A stretch of 64,000 bases of DNA from Candidatus Latescibacterota bacterium (GTDB lineage Bacteria; Latescibacterota; UBA2968; SICM01). The position numbers and the translations under genes are program-made. The DNA lies in the NCBI GenBank assembly GCA_965217865.1, contig CBDCJO010000001.1, positions 592,011 to 656,010 of the forward strand, given 5' to 3'. Shown one piece after another: positions 1 to 11,029 of the stretch (positions are counted from its first letter, which is position 1; every line of letters starts with the position of its first letter). The notes beneath the pieces were generated by a model, which saw nothing but the letters and a program-made list of their open reading frames with translations, was not told where the DNA came from and did not search any database.

Positions 1-692
1 TCATGGTTACATTCGGTGCATCTAAGCCTTTCAATCCTTCTTTTAAGACGTTTGGTGTAGATAGACCATTTTTTCTCATAACCGCAATAAGGGCACCTGA
101 ACAAACCCGATATGTGGTTGCCCTGGTTTTTGCAGCTTGGGCACTGAAGTTCCCCGGAGGTTTGTGAAGCACTTTCCTGAGACCTGCTTACGGTTTGTTT
201 GGCAGTGGGGAGACGGTGGATTATTTTGCTACAGTGAGGGCAAGGTAGTCTGATGCGATTCTTTATTGAATGCCTGTATCGCTGCCAGGACCATGTTTTG
301 GTGCATTCCTGGCAGGAAAGAATACCCTGTTCGTGAGTCCAAACCAGGTGTGCGACGCATTCAAAGCACCTGGGCACCCTCCTCAGAGCTTCTCTGCACT
401 CAAACCAGGATATGGGTAGGTTACACTCGGGGCATGCGAAAGTGGAGGGGCGTTCACTCTTTTGTTTTTGCTTCAGATTCCGATAAAACTGGGCTCGGTA
501 GACAATCTCACCGCATTTGGGGCAAGGAACCTCGCCTGACACCGCGCGCACGACAGTCAGGACATCCTGACAGCGTGTATACAACCCCCAGCCGACTTCA
601 AGCAAAAGCTCGTCGTCGTACACCCCTAACTTTGAAAGATTGTAGAGGCGACGAATCCGCCACCGTCTTACTCGAGGTGTCCATTCTTCCAT
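1..692 (-). CDS. Partial poly-zinc-ribbon protein (runs off the window edge)
   Basis: Hand translation from ATG at 692 stays open to position 1 (MEEWTPRVRRWRIRRLY...) with eight CxxC motifs: CPKC, CPEC, CFEC, CQEC, CPHC, CPSC, CPYC, CTEC. Absent from the ORF track, probably because there is no stop in the window. Confidence 0.75.
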   Translation of the reverse strand, partial: MEEWTPRVRRWRIRRLYNLSKLGVYDDELLLEVGWGLYTRCQDVLTVVRAVSGEVPCPKCGEIVYRAQFYRNLKQKQKSERPSTFACPECNLPISWFECREALRRVPRCFECVAHLVWTHEQGILSCQECTKTWSWQRYRHSIKNRIRLPCPHCSKIIHRLPTAKQTVSRSQESASQTSGELQCPSCKNQGNHISGLFRCPYCGYEKKWSIYTKRLKRRIERLRCTECNH

Positions 693-925
693 AAAAAAGC
701 AACTCGTCAGGAAATCTTGATGAGGTTTTTACACGGAAAAAAGTGGGGTGGGAGGATATAATCTGGGCCAATTTCGGCTTATCAAACGACAATTTCCCCA
801 TTGGAAACGACCACCTGATTGTCCGCGAGCAGAGTTGCATGTGGAATTATGTAGTCCACGTCGCTCGGATCTGAAGCCTCCCTGGTTGACGGCTTCCGGC
901 CAAACGGCTATATTCTTCCAGGGCG

Positions 926-1201
926 TTACTGGAGTCGCTCACGGTCGAACGTCCAGGCTACGTCTGCCGCGAGGTTACCGTTGAACTCGCATGGGTTCTG
1001 GAACGCGCCTACGGCTACTCCCGTGACCAGATCGCGACAATATTGGAAGAACTGGCGGCGACCGAGGGTCTCGTAGTCGAGGCAGCCGACGATGTGGCCC
1101 GTGCGGCCTTCCGCTACCGCGCGGGCGGCGCAGGGTTTTTCGACCTGATGATCCTGGCCGCTGCCGAACGATCGGGAGCCTACCCCCTGTACACCTTCGA
1201 C
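926..1201 (+). pseudogene. VapC/PIN-domain toxin fragment
   Basis: Frame reads ...EVTVELAWVLERAYG...GFFDLMILAAAERSGAYPLYTFD. The N-terminus is missing and the 3' end is fused to unrelated sequence. Confidence 0.7.
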
Positions 1202-1323
1202 GGTCCCGGTGCGGCAGGATGTGATCGTGAAGAAGCTGCCCGATCCTCCGGTAGGTTCGCAGGGTCTCCTGCTCAACGGCCCGTTTTGCCCGGTCCATAC
1301 CTTCCTGAAGCAGATGCAGGACC

Positions 1324-1896
1324 TCATTCCGCAGGTGGGCCGGGATGCTCCGTCTCGATTTCGCCGTAGGCTTCCTTCTCTGTCTTGGCTTTTTCCAACG
1401 CCTGGAGCTGATCTTCGGTCAGGATCAAATGCTCCTGGGCGGCTTGGGCTTCCAGGGCTTTGAGGCGTTTCTGAAACGTCTCCAGGTCATGGCGTAACCA
1501 TACACTCCGTACGCCGCCGGGTGAGATGAAGAGGCCTTCTTTCTTCAGCTCATTCGAAGTGCGCAGTTGCCCATAGGCTGGTTTGGCCAGGGCAAAGGCC
1601 ACGACCGCTTCTTCGGTCTGCGGCTCCACGCGATTCTTGACCAGGGGCTTTTTACGACTCATCTCCTGCAGAGCCATCTCGCCGCCCTGGTCATACAGCT
1701 CTTTAAATCGATAAAAGCTGTCGCGGGAGTAGCCCATGACTTTGCAGGCCTGCGAGACGTTGCCCAACAACTCGGCCAGCTCCAGCAAACCCACTTTGTT
1801 TTTGATGATCTTTTCGTCCGTCGTCATCTGACATCTCTCCTCATTAAAAGATACTACGTTGAAGATAAGTGTCAGATCAAATCTTGACTATTTCAA
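1324..1896 (-). mobile_element. IS481-family element, 5' remnant (transposase truncated after EIETEHPG)
   Basis: ORF 1324-1827 [39 protein letters not shown]; terminal-repeat-like sequence near 1869-1895; DDE domain absent. Confidence 0.85.
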
Positions 1897-2118
1897 AATG
1901 GGCCACTTTTAGGGTCCCGGTCACAGCGGTACTGAAGACAACAGACCCAGCCTGATATTGCTCGCGAGACTCCGGCTGATCTCGAACGCTATTCAAGATA
2001 AGAGCACGTTCACCTTTGTCCTCGGATTTCATGAATGCTAAGTCAGCGAGGAATAATGAACCGCGGTCAGTAGAATCAACAGACACTACATCTATCTCTT
2101 CTGTGTGTGAAAGAATCG

Positions 2119-2652
2119 CTAAAAGGATGCTGTTTCAATTTCTTCCATAGAAAAAAGCGCACACAGCTCTATTCCAGACTGAATTAGTTTCTCTCTACCC
2201 CCAGATTGTCGATCAATCACACATAACGCATGAATAACTTCAATCCCATCAAGTCTAAGTTTATTCACAGCATCTAGAATTGCGCCTCCGCTAGACACAA
2301 CATCTTCAACTAATACCACCCTGCGATCGTTGAGATCCGGTCCTTCTGCATATTTGCAGGTACCGTACTTCTTGGCTTTCTTTCGAATAAACGCTGCTGG
2401 AAGGCTCGTAACATGACTCAGTGCTGTGACTATGGGTATTCCACCCATTTCTAGACCCGCAAGTATTTCAGACCCATCCGGAATAAAGCTCGCCATTTCT
2501 ACTGCGATCGACTCTAAGATTACCGGGTCAGACTCGAACAAATATTTGTCAAAGTAGGTGTCGGATATCGCGCCAGACCTTAGCTCAAATCTTCCAGTTA
2601 ATTTGGAGACCTGCCTTATTCTTGACGCTAGTTTTGCTTTTTCCCCAATCAT
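2119..2652 (-). CDS. pyrE: Orotate phosphoribosyltransferase
   Basis: GRFELRSG..SDTYFDKY, IRKKAKKYGT loop and PRPP-binding motif VVLVEDVVSSGG. Confidence 0.85.
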   Translation of the reverse strand: MIGEKAKLASRIRQVSKLTGRFELRSGAISDTYFDKYLFESDPVILESIAVEMASFIPDGSEILAGLEMGGIPIVTALSHVTSLPAAFIRKKAKKYGTCKYAEGPDLNDRRVVLVEDVVSSGGAILDAVNKLRLDGIEVIHALCVIDRQSGGREKLIQSGIELCALFSMEEIETASF

Positions 2653-2709
2653 TATACAGCCTCCCAGTTAGTATCACTACCACTCAACGAAAGCTTAGAT
2701 TGCAGTTCA

Positions 2710-3631
2710 TTACACAAAATTAACTTCTTGAGTCAACGAGTTGTAAACGAACAGGCTTTTTGTGTTTACGCACTGGTTGTTGAAATACTCCTCTGAACAA
2801 CCTACGGTGAACAGCTCCAACTGATCCAAACTCAGCCCAACCTCACTAGCAAACTTCATAATCGTAGAGCCGGTACCTGTATAATCATCAACAAACAATA
2901 CGGTTTTGCTCCACAACATCGCGGGCTCAATGTCGTCGACCTCTTTATCCAAAACTAGCACGTTACGCAATTGTTCTTTCCCTATTGCAACAGCGAGAGA
3001 AACCCCACCCATTGCACGTGTTGCAATGTAATCGAAGTCTCTCTTTTGCACCATCTGAACAATCTGAAGAAGAGAACGTATGTGCGTAACACTCGGTACT
3101 ACATCTATATAACTAGGCCCCTCGCCTCCTCCCGAGTACTTATATACCCCTTTGTTAACTACAAGAAGCTGACCAAAATGCTTAAATTCTTGATCATCAA
3201 CTTTCGTGTATTCAGGATGACTTGCCTCATAGTTGCTGATCAATTCCTGAGTGAAATCAGCACAAGCATACCCTTCCGCCTTTGCCTTCAATCCGTGCAT
3301 TTTTGGATGGTCCCGCAAGAACCCGATGTGTTTGTGTTCTTTGAGGCCTTGAAGAACGGCATGAATGAAGCCGACCACACCTTTATCTGAGGAAATACAG
3401 CCCACATTCCCAGGGTATGATTCATCTGTACGAACCAAATAAACTCCCTTTGCTAGCACATCCACCATTGAGCAACTCCCCAAGCACCATCAGATTTTTA
3501 GCATGATCTGCGGTCCATTGAAGTTCAATAAACCTTTCGGAGCCTTGAGTACTCATAATTTTCTCAAGTATTGCTGTGATTATTTCAAGGTCTACACGAT
3601 ACTCGACCCCCCACTTTGCGGGTGCGATCAA
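2710..3631 (-). CDS. Divergent phosphoribosyltransferase-domain protein with unknown N-terminal part (5' end disrupted)
   Basis: ORF 2710-3483 has YKYSGGGEGPSYID and VLFVDDYTGTGST; overlapping ORF 3422-3631 may be a frameshifted N-terminal part cut by the IS1380 fragment. Confidence 0.6.
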
Positions 3632-3650
3632 ATTCGACAGCAGCCGTACT

Positions 3651-4082
3651 ATTGCACTAGTCCTAAAATAAGCGAATAGGCTTGTTGAGCGGTGTGTTAT
3701 ACAAGATTTCGGAGCATTTCAGACTTGTGACTTGGTGGAGATGATGTCTGGGCTGTTTTTGTGATTGTTTCGGCATGCGATTGTCTAATTAACTGAGTTT
3801 GCGGACGTGTTTTAGCCGGGGTGGACGGACTTGTCCCTGTGATGTTACGACGACAGGTGCTGACATGGCAGTCAGGCCGGTTTGAGCCATCTGATTCTGT
3901 TCCAGGCCGGGAAGAAGTCAGTCATCCACCGGTTGTAGCCCAAGACACGATAGATGATCTGTCTTCCCCGGGTCACGATCTGGCAAGGGATCCAGATCAG
4001 ATTCTGGAGGAAGGCGCGAAACTCCATTCTCAGAAGTTGATCGCGACGCTCACGCTTTCGGATCATCAACGCGAACCAGGCT
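3651..4082 (-). mobile_element. 3' fragment of the IS1380-family element, inverted relative to the full copy
   Basis: Reverse complement matches about 13918-14349, including the C-terminal codons (...WNRIRWLKPA) and the right end. Confidence 0.92.
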
Positions 4083-4107
4083 CTTGCCCGATGGGCTTTC
4101 TTCAGAC

Positions 4108-4293
4108 TCATCTCCGCTGCTGTTTTGCACCCACCTCGTCCATTTCCGACAGCCTGAAGCGCAACAACCGTCCCACCCGGCGAGCTGGAAAGCCTTTCGC
4201 GTCGACCCAGCGGTAAATGGACTCCTTGGTCACCTGTAGATGCGCGGCGACCTCAGCGATACTGACCCAGCCTTCTTCAGTTGCCATCTTCAC
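4108..4293 (-). CDS. Excisionase-like (HTH_17) DNA-binding protein
   Basis: WVSIAEVAAHLQVTKESIYRWV..GFPARRVGRLLRFRLSE. Confidence 0.75.
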   Translation of the reverse strand: MKMATEEGWVSIAEVAAHLQVTKESIYRWVDAKGFPARRVGRLLRFRLSEMDEVGAKQQRR

Positions 4294-4421
4294 CGGACTC
4301 CTGCTTGAAGAAAGCCCATTAGAGATAATAAAAATATATGAAAATTAGCTTCCGTAGGTCAATCGAAAACCTTGCCATGACCAGGATGAGCCGCTGCGGT
4401 GATGGAGGGGGGTGTTGGCCG

Positions 4422-4680
4422 CTACTCCGGCCAGCAGCCGGACACGATCCGGCGCCGTTTGATGTGAATCACCTCGACCGTGTAGACCCAGGCGAGCTCG
4501 CGGGCGCCGTTCACCGTGGCGGGCACCAGCACCCGCCGGTAGAGGCTGGAACCGCCCGGGCGGAAGCCCTCCAGGCGGTCGATGGCGAGCATGCGGGATT
4601 CGGGGGTCGTCGAAGGAGAGCAGCTCCCCGTACACGGCGCCCCAAGCGCCCACTGTGGGCGTTTCACGCGCGGGTCCGGA
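4422..4680 (-). pseudogene. Gamma-glutamylcyclotransferase-like fragment
   Basis: LAIDRLEGF..SLYRRVLVP..AWVY motif; N-terminus missing. Confidence 0.55.
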
Positions 4681-4729
4681 GGGCCCCCCCCCCATGGGCG
4701 GACAGACGCGCCTGTGTGGCCACGTCGGC

Positions 4730-5170
4730 GAGCGGGTCGGTAGGCGTGTAGTAGAAGTGGACGTTTGGGTGTTTCGGCAACCAGCGGTCGATCTTGGGCT
4801 TGTGGGTGTTCAGGTTGTCCAGGATGACGTGAATTTCCTGATCCGGGTAAGTCCGCGATGAGTTCGTTCATAAAGCTCAGAAACTGCCGTCGTCTGCGTC
4901 GCTTGAAGTGACCGGTTTTGACCAGATCGGTCGCCACGTTCAGGGCGGCGAACAAGGTGGTCGTACCGTTGCGTTTATACTCGTGGTTGAAGCCCGTCAG
5001 GGCTTTGCCATTAGGGCAGTTTGAGCCATCCCTAGGCGCGTTCCAGCGCCTGGATTGCGGGCTTCTCGTCTACGCAGACAACGACGGCGTTCTCGGGCGG
5101 ATCCAGATACAGGCCCACGATTGGCGGCGGCCTTTGGGACGAACTCGGGGTCCGTGCTGATACAAAAGCT
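4730..5170 (-). mobile_element. IS630-family transposase internal fragment (frameshifted)
   Basis: FCISTDPEF and LFAALNVATD...FLSFM motifs spread over several frames. Confidence 0.75.
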
Positions 5171-5596
5171 CCGGCGTCTGGCCAGAGAGTCCAGAGCGCT
5201 GCACACTGCGGTCATGGCTCCTGGATAGTCGTTTTGGCCGTGCCGTTCGTAGGCAGTACGCAGCGACTGCCTGACTTCCTCGCCGAAATCATCGGATGCC
5301 TCCTCGACCTGAAACTCAGATGGTCGCAGTTGTCCATCCAGGACGGTCCAGCCAAACCGTTGTGCGCATTCCAATACCTTGTCGCCGAGGTCTGGATTCA
5401 TTTCCAAAAGGGCAGCGATGAGTTTCCGAATCGCCTCAGTGGGTTCGTTCGCCTTCTCGATCAGGTCGCCAACGGCATCGAGTAGTTCGCCCTTGGAAGC
5501 TCCCCCCCTCTCATGGATAGACCGCTGCTGCAGATGGGAAAGCTTCTCTACTGGGAGCCCGGACGTTGCGACAAGACCCTTGACAGCTCTTGGATG

Positions 5597-6439
5597 TCAA
5601 CTCATTTTCAAGGCTTTCAACTGACGTGCAAGAAGACCTTTGCCACCAGGTTTCTGGAGAACGAGTAAATACAGATGAAAACCACCGTCGATGGTCTCTC
5701 CTTCTTCGCAGACCCTTCGGTGCAACCCCAGCAGCTTGTCCGAGAAACGCTCAACAGAGAAATCGGGGATCTCCCATGGGATACACTTCAGATAGTATAC
5801 AAGTGCGCCGACATCGGTGTACTGTGTGACCGGATAGACTTCGGCTGCATGTACTACTCCGAACCCCGCTTTCTCAGAGGCTGACCGCGCACCACTTAGA
5901 TTGCCAAGCTCATTTGGCTGCGGCAGCGGTACTCCAAGCAATTGATGGATCTCCAAGTTTGTCTTATTTCCCACCTGCTCCGTGATGAGCGCTCCACCAG
6001 GCTTCAGAACTCTATATTCCTCTACGAACGTGCACATCCCGTGACGGTTCAAGAGAAGATCGAACCTCTCATTTTCGAAAGGCAATTCACCTGGATCTGA
6101 CACCTCGTAGACTTCAACTCCGAGTGGTTCCAGGCGCTTCCGAGCCACAGGGATATTAGGTGGATAGCCCTCCGTCGCACATGCGTGTCCTTCGAACGCG
6201 CAGTTCTCCAGAATCTTTCCAAAACGCTCCCCGCCTCCTGTTTCCTGATCCAAAACGACACGACTTGCTCGCAGCGCGTCTGCTGCAATTGAGGCATAGT
6301 TCCAGAAGTCAAAACCAATGTTTAACCTTCGTCCTTTTATATAAGAAAAATCCCATCCCTCAAACGGCTGCTCGTATTCACTACGAAGCCAAGCCAGGAT
6401 CTCCTCGTCCCTTCTTTCTTCGGCTTTATTCACTTTCAC
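5597..6439 (-). CDS. Class I SAM-dependent methyltransferase
   Basis: FEGWDFSY, VLDQETGGGE and LPFENERFDLLLNRH..RVLKPGG motifs. Start moved to GTG 6439 because the upstream codons overlap the IS end. Confidence 0.8.
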   Translation of the reverse strand: MKVNKAEERRDEEILAWLRSEYEQPFEGWDFSYIKGRRLNIGFDFWNYASIAADALRASRVVLDQETGGGERFGKILENCAFEGHACATEGYPPNIPVARKRLEPLGVEVYEVSDPGELPFENERFDLLLNRHGMCTFVEEYRVLKPGGALITEQVGNKTNLEIHQLLGVPLPQPNELGNLSGARSASEKAGFGVVHAAEVYPVTQYTDVGALVYYLKCIPWEIPDFSVERFSDKLLGLHRRVCEEGETIDGGFHLYLLVLQKPGGKGLLARQLKALKMS

Positions 6440-6535
6440 CTTTCCAATCGGTGCCAACGGCTCGAAATGTGGCTCTTGCTGATTGTATCTATTCTGAGAT
6501 AACAAGAGAAAAGTAGATAAAGGTCCAAGCAAGAT

Positions 6536-7567
6536 TCAGGCAGCCTTGTGGATGGTCTGGGATGTTCTTTGCCGATTGATTTCTATGCGGCGCTGCCGAG
6601 CCTCCTCCTTTCGACCTTGTCGGTGGTGAAGAATCTTTTGATGCTGGCCTTTATGCCTCTGAAGAGGCGTGACATACTGTATTGCCCCGTGATAGCGTTC
6701 GGCGTTGTAGCTGTGAATGAAGGAATCAATCAGGCCTTCCAGTTGATGGAATGTGAAGATGTCCTGGAAGCGCAGCCAGTCGTATTTGAATGTCCGGAAA
6801 AAGGCTTCGATCCAGGCGTTGTCCGTGGGTGTTTGATATCGGGCAAACAGCTGCGAGATGCCCAGGTCCTTGAAGAATTGGGCCATCGATTTGGCCTTCA
6901 TCTGAGATCCGTGATCTGAGAGGGCTGTCAAGCTTATGGGCCCAGTGTCCAGGTCCAGCAGTCCTTCGTTGGCAAGGGCTTGATCCCAGGCCTGTTTGAC
7001 CTGCTCCACGGTCGCGTTGAAGGAGAGCTTCCATCCTACGATCTTCCTGGAATACACGTCGAGAATGGCGGTAAAATACAGGAACAAACCGAAAAATGGG
7101 ATGTAGGTCAGGTCCCAGCTCCAGACCTGATTAGGACCTTCAGGTTTGACCTGGGGCTTGCTCTGCTTGACCGGCGTCCTCACCTGTTTCCTGCGTGCCA
7201 GACGTTCTTTCCTGGCCTGTCGGTAGAAGCTGGAGGCCGAGGCCTGCACTACCCCCTTCTCTGAGGCTACCACCGCCAGCTGATGGGGAGGCAGATCGGC
7301 ATAGGTCTCATCCCTTAAGAGGGCCGGGATTTGCTCTTTCTCCTCCCTCAGCAATCCGTGTGGGGCCTCATCAGGAGCGGGCCCGGGCTTCCCATCCAAA
7401 AGCGGGTCCGACACCCCATCCAGCTTCTCTTCTCGATCTCGCCGGCTCCAGGCACAATACCGCTGGAGGGGAAGCTGTAGGATCTCGCAAGAACGGGTGA
7501 GTTTCACCCCTTTCTCCTTGGCCCGATGGACCATTAAGAGGATCTCGCGTTTGACCTCAGCTTGCAC
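6536..7567 (-). CDS. IS3-family transposase OrfB (rve DDE domain)
   Basis: PNQVWSWDLTY, SDHGSQM and DNAWIEAFFRTFK motifs. Confidence 0.9.
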   Translation of the reverse strand: MQAEVKREILLMVHRAKEKGVKLTRSCEILQLPLQRYCAWSRRDREEKLDGVSDPLLDGKPGPAPDEAPHGLLREEKEQIPALLRDETYADLPPHQLAVVASEKGVVQASASSFYRQARKERLARRKQVRTPVKQSKPQVKPEGPNQVWSWDLTYIPFFGLFLYFTAILDVYSRKIVGWKLSFNATVEQVKQAWDQALANEGLLDLDTGPISLTALSDHGSQMKAKSMAQFFKDLGISQLFARYQTPTDNAWIEAFFRTFKYDWLRFQDIFTFHQLEGLIDSFIHSYNAERYHGAIQYVTPLQRHKGQHQKILHHRQGRKEEARQRRIEINRQRTSQTIHKAA

Positions 7568-7590
7568 CCGGTGGCCCTTGATCGGGCCTG

Positions 7591-7926
7591 TCAGATCCCA
7601 TTCACACTTTTTTTTAGCAGGGAAAGTTCCACAGATTGCTCAATGATCGTTTGCTCCAGGCGTGCCCGCTCTTTGCGCAGCTGCTCCACCTCCTCAGCCG
7701 ATACCATCGGCTTGCGGCTCCGGCGACCCTTGAACTCCTTGAGGGCCCCGGACTTGACCGACTCACGAATACGCTTTAGATCCGAGGAATGAATGCCCCA
7801 TTTCCGCAGCACCTGTGCAATGGGAACATCTCCCCGGCTGGCTTCAAGGAAAATCTCATACTTCTGTTCCGGGGACAAGCTCCTGCGCTTCTTGACCGGG
7901 TCACTGTTTGAGGACAGTTGCTCCAT
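7591..7926 (-). CDS. IS3-family transposase OrfA (HTH plus coiled coil)
   Basis: RRSLSPEQKYEIFLE..LRKWGIHSSDL; directly upstream of orfB. Confidence 0.8.
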   Translation of the reverse strand: MEQLSSNSDPVKKRRSLSPEQKYEIFLEASRGDVPIAQVLRKWGIHSSDLKRIRESVKSGALKEFKGRRSRKPMVSAEEVEQLRKERARLEQTIIEQSVELSLLKKSVNGI

Positions 7927-8289
7927 CTTTACTCCTCCTGTGAGGTCAGGGATATCCCAAAATATGTATCCCTTCTCAACCCTACAGGCAACCAGGATCT
8001 TGCTTCGACCTTGCCCCCGTTTTTTCGGGCGATCTCAGACAAAAGATACTGATCACAAACCATGAGGCGAAGGTTATAACGGCCTCAATTCATTCAAGTG
8101 CTTGTTGCACAGCCCTCCGTACGACTCTCCTCTTGTCGTTAGCAACAGTCTATACTGCCGCCAGGGCGTCGGGGGTGCCGATTTTACCCAAGGCATACAC
8201 CGCCTGAGCGCGCGGGCCCTTTCGGTCATCCTTCAGACTGGACGCAAGGAAAGGCACTGCTCTTTCCTCACGAAAAGCTGCAAAGGCGT

Positions 8290-8520
8290 GAGTGGCGATG
8301 GCGGAGAGAGACCGGTAGCGGCGTCCCTCGAACGCGAAGCCGTCATCGAGCACCTGGACCACGAGGTCGCGGCCCTGGAAGGCGCGCACCAGAAGCGTCC
8401 CCGGCAGGGGCAGCCACCGGTCCCGCGAGGGCGACAGGCGATCCGCTTGCGCAGGAACGCCTTGTGGTACGAGCGGGTCTCCTCCCCGAAGACCTTGATG
8501 TACTTCTCTCCAAGGGGATG
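8290..8520 (-). pseudogene. DUF2924-family fragment
   Basis: VFGEETRSYHKAFLRKRIA and PLPGTLLVRAFQG..FEGRRYRSLSAIA in adjacent frames; joined to a HEAT-repeat-like fragment at about 8150-8280. Confidence 0.7.
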
Positions 8521-8827
8521 CTTGCCGGAGGAATTTCCGAAACGTCGAAACCGGCCGTCCGGATGCAACCAAGCTGTTAAATAAGGCCGACTGAAAAAAC
8601 AGAGAATCAGAGAATCCGGAGGAGGTATCTCTGCTCAGCGGGCGCACCCCCCACGGTTGCGCTCGAACATCTGAGGGAGCGCTTCGAAACAGAGAACCGG
8701 CAGCGAGGGGAGGAGGTGGCCCAAGTGTTTGTGAATACGGCAGAAACGACAAGACCCCGAAGGGTTGCCCCACGGGGTCTTGCGTTAACGGACGACCGCC
8801 GAAGTTGGCGGATGGGAATATGGCTCC
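8520..8827 (-). repeat. Island-end sequence, inverted diverged copy of 28037-28320, starting at a GGAGCCA att-like core
   Basis: Reverse complement reads GGAGCCA..ATCCGCCAACTTCGGCGGTCGTCCGTTAACGCAAGACCCCGTGGGGCAACCC, as found directly after tRNA-Asn. Confidence 0.85.
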
Positions 8828-9389
8828 CCATATGATCCTCTCCCCGGAACCATTCTCTGTTCATCAGTCGTAACTTGCTGTATTGAAAGGAGCTATCGCA
8901 ATTACGCCCGCGCCGCAGACGCGGAAGACAGCGTCAAGACGACTTCCGCCCTTCAGGTCAAAACAGCCACTTCTCCGACATGGGATCAGGATATCCGGGT
9001 CGTCGTTACCCACGCTGTTCAGAGGGAGAGGGGATTCGATCGAAAACAGGGTTAAAGTTCGGGAATGACTTGCTCAGGCGTTCGGGGGAATGCCGGGTCA
9101 GCAAATTCTTATAGGCCGGCTCGACTTTCTCGCTGTTCTGAAATTCATGCCACTCCGCTAGGATCTTGCCTTCTGGAAAGTCCTTGAATCCAGGGGCTAC
9201 ACCCATCAGTATCTCCCTGGGCTACTTCTTCGGGTGTCGATTGAAGAACGGCAGGCACTTCGCTCGGGGGGACATAGGGACGTCGGGCGTTGTCAGAGGC
9301 AGCGATGTCCGAACACCATGCCAGCATGGAATAAAGCACGGCAAAGCATAATAGAAACCGGAAGACAACTGGGAGATTCCCGGCATTCA

Positions 9390-9887
9390 TCATCGGACTA
9401 CGGCCTCCTTTCTCAGAACAGAACCGTCTGGCTGAGACACTAAAAAGATCCACGTACCAACCCTCAGAGGTGGATAAAACTCTAAGATGTGGTCCCGATT
9501 CCATTCAGGATTCAGGTATCTCACTATTCCGGGACATGGTCCTGCATGGAGATTGTGTTTTCCCCATAGGCTCACTTTGTACCCGACCAGATCAATTCTC
9601 GTCGTGTCAATATGAGAAAACATCCCACATCCAGAGCCCTCCCCGCCATAAAATCGTACGTGCATGGTATCAGAGACCGCCAACGGGGATGTAGTTTTCA
9701 CCAGTAAGGTTCGGAATGTACCTCGTAGGGGATCAAAGACCCTCAAGGGGGATCCAACCGACACGCTGTCAACATGGATTTGATAAATCCGATAAGCAGG
9801 GTCCGGTTTATCCGAGTTAAAAGGGTTAAGGCCGCAGGACACCATCAGAAAGGTCAATGAGACAAGGACCGGGATTTTTCGTCGCAT
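9390..9887 (-). CDS. Putative lipoprotein
   Basis: MRRKIPVLVSLTFLMVSC signal peptide with a lipobox cysteine. Confidence 0.6.
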   Translation of the reverse strand: MRRKIPVLVSLTFLMVSCGLNPFNSDKPDPAYRIYQIHVDSVSVGSPLRVFDPLRGTFRTLLVKTTSPLAVSDTMHVRFYGGEGSGCGMFSHIDTTRIDLVGYKVSLWGKHNLHAGPCPGIVRYLNPEWNRDHILEFYPPLRVGTWIFLVSQPDGSVLRKEAVVR

Positions 9888-9989
9888 GACCGATGCTCCT
9901 TTCCCCTCCCTTTCATGGATATCTGAACCATCCAAAACGCCGCCACGCCGGAAACACCCCTCTGCTGATTTTCTTAACGGCGGGCCGAT

Positions 9990-10975
9990 TCAAGGCTAAC
10001 TCTAACATCTGCCGCTTGAACTCTGGCGGATACGGCGGATGTGTCCTCGGCATCGTGGCATCCTCCTTTCTGCCAAGTAATAAGGTATCCACGAAACCGG
10101 GTCAAGTCCAATCCAAAAAAAAGCCTCCGAGCTCCTGGGGATCCCCCTGAGCCAGCTCGACGAAGACGACAGCGGTTGATACAGGCCGCAGAGGAGCTCT
10201 CCCGCAAAGTTGGGGTGGCGCCTGCCTGTGATACGCTGTCGGTGTCTCGGGCAAGTCTGTATCGTTGGCGGCAGGCCCCCACCACACGGGTAAAGCGCAG
10301 GTCGCATCGGGCCCTGGCCCCTCCCGAACAGCAGGCTGTCTTGGATCTGTTGCACTGCGAACGGTTTATGGATAAAGCCCCTCCTCAGGTCTGGGCCGAG
10401 TTGCTGGATGAAGGCCTGTATTTCTGCTCACTCAGCACGATGTATCGCATCCTGAAGGCACACGAGGAAGTCCGGGAACGCCGAAACCAGCTCGGACATC
10501 CGAACCATCCAGCGCCTCGCCTGGTGGCAACGGCGCCTAACCAGGTGTGGTCTTGGGATATCACGAAGCTGCTGGGGCCTGTCAAGTGGACGTTCTACTA
10601 TCTCTACGTGCTCCTGGACATCTACAGCCGCTATGTCGTCGGCTGGATGGTCGCGCGCCTGGAAAAAGAGGCGCTGGCCAGGCGCCTCATCGAGGAGAGT
10701 TGTAAAAAACAAGACGTTGTGCCGGGCCAATTGACCCTACACGCTGACCGGGGCGCTTCGATGACCAGCAAACCCGTGGCACTCCTGCTGGCCGATCTGG
10801 GGCTGACCAAATCGCACTCACGACCGCACGTGTCGAACGACAACCCCTACTCCGAGGCGCAGTTCAAGACCTTGAAGTATCGCCCGGACTTCCCGGAACG
10901 CTTCGGGGGGCTTGCACACGCCCGTTCATTTTGCCATGAGTTCTTCACCTGTTACAACACAGGGCATCGCCACTT
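9990..10975 (+). mobile_element. IS3-family transposase, truncated
   Basis: ORF 10041-11030 has PNQVWSWDITKL, HADRG and DNPYSEAQFKTLK; the C-terminus is replaced by foreign sequence. Confidence 0.85.
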
Positions 10976-11029
10976 TCTGGTCTCTTTGATGATGGGATCC
11001 GGCGTCACCATGCTCGAAGCTTCGGTGTA

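Larger units (their letters stand above)
6491..8042 (-). mobile_element. IS3-family insertion sequence, apparently complete
   Basis: orfA plus orfB; imperfect terminal inverted repeats (TCTGAGAT...AAGGTC[C/G]AAGCAAGAT) at about 6491-6535 and 7997-8042. Confidence 0.8.

Noticed and set aside
266-694. 142-aa plus-strand ORF
   Set aside because: Shadow of the minus-strand zinc-ribbon gene.
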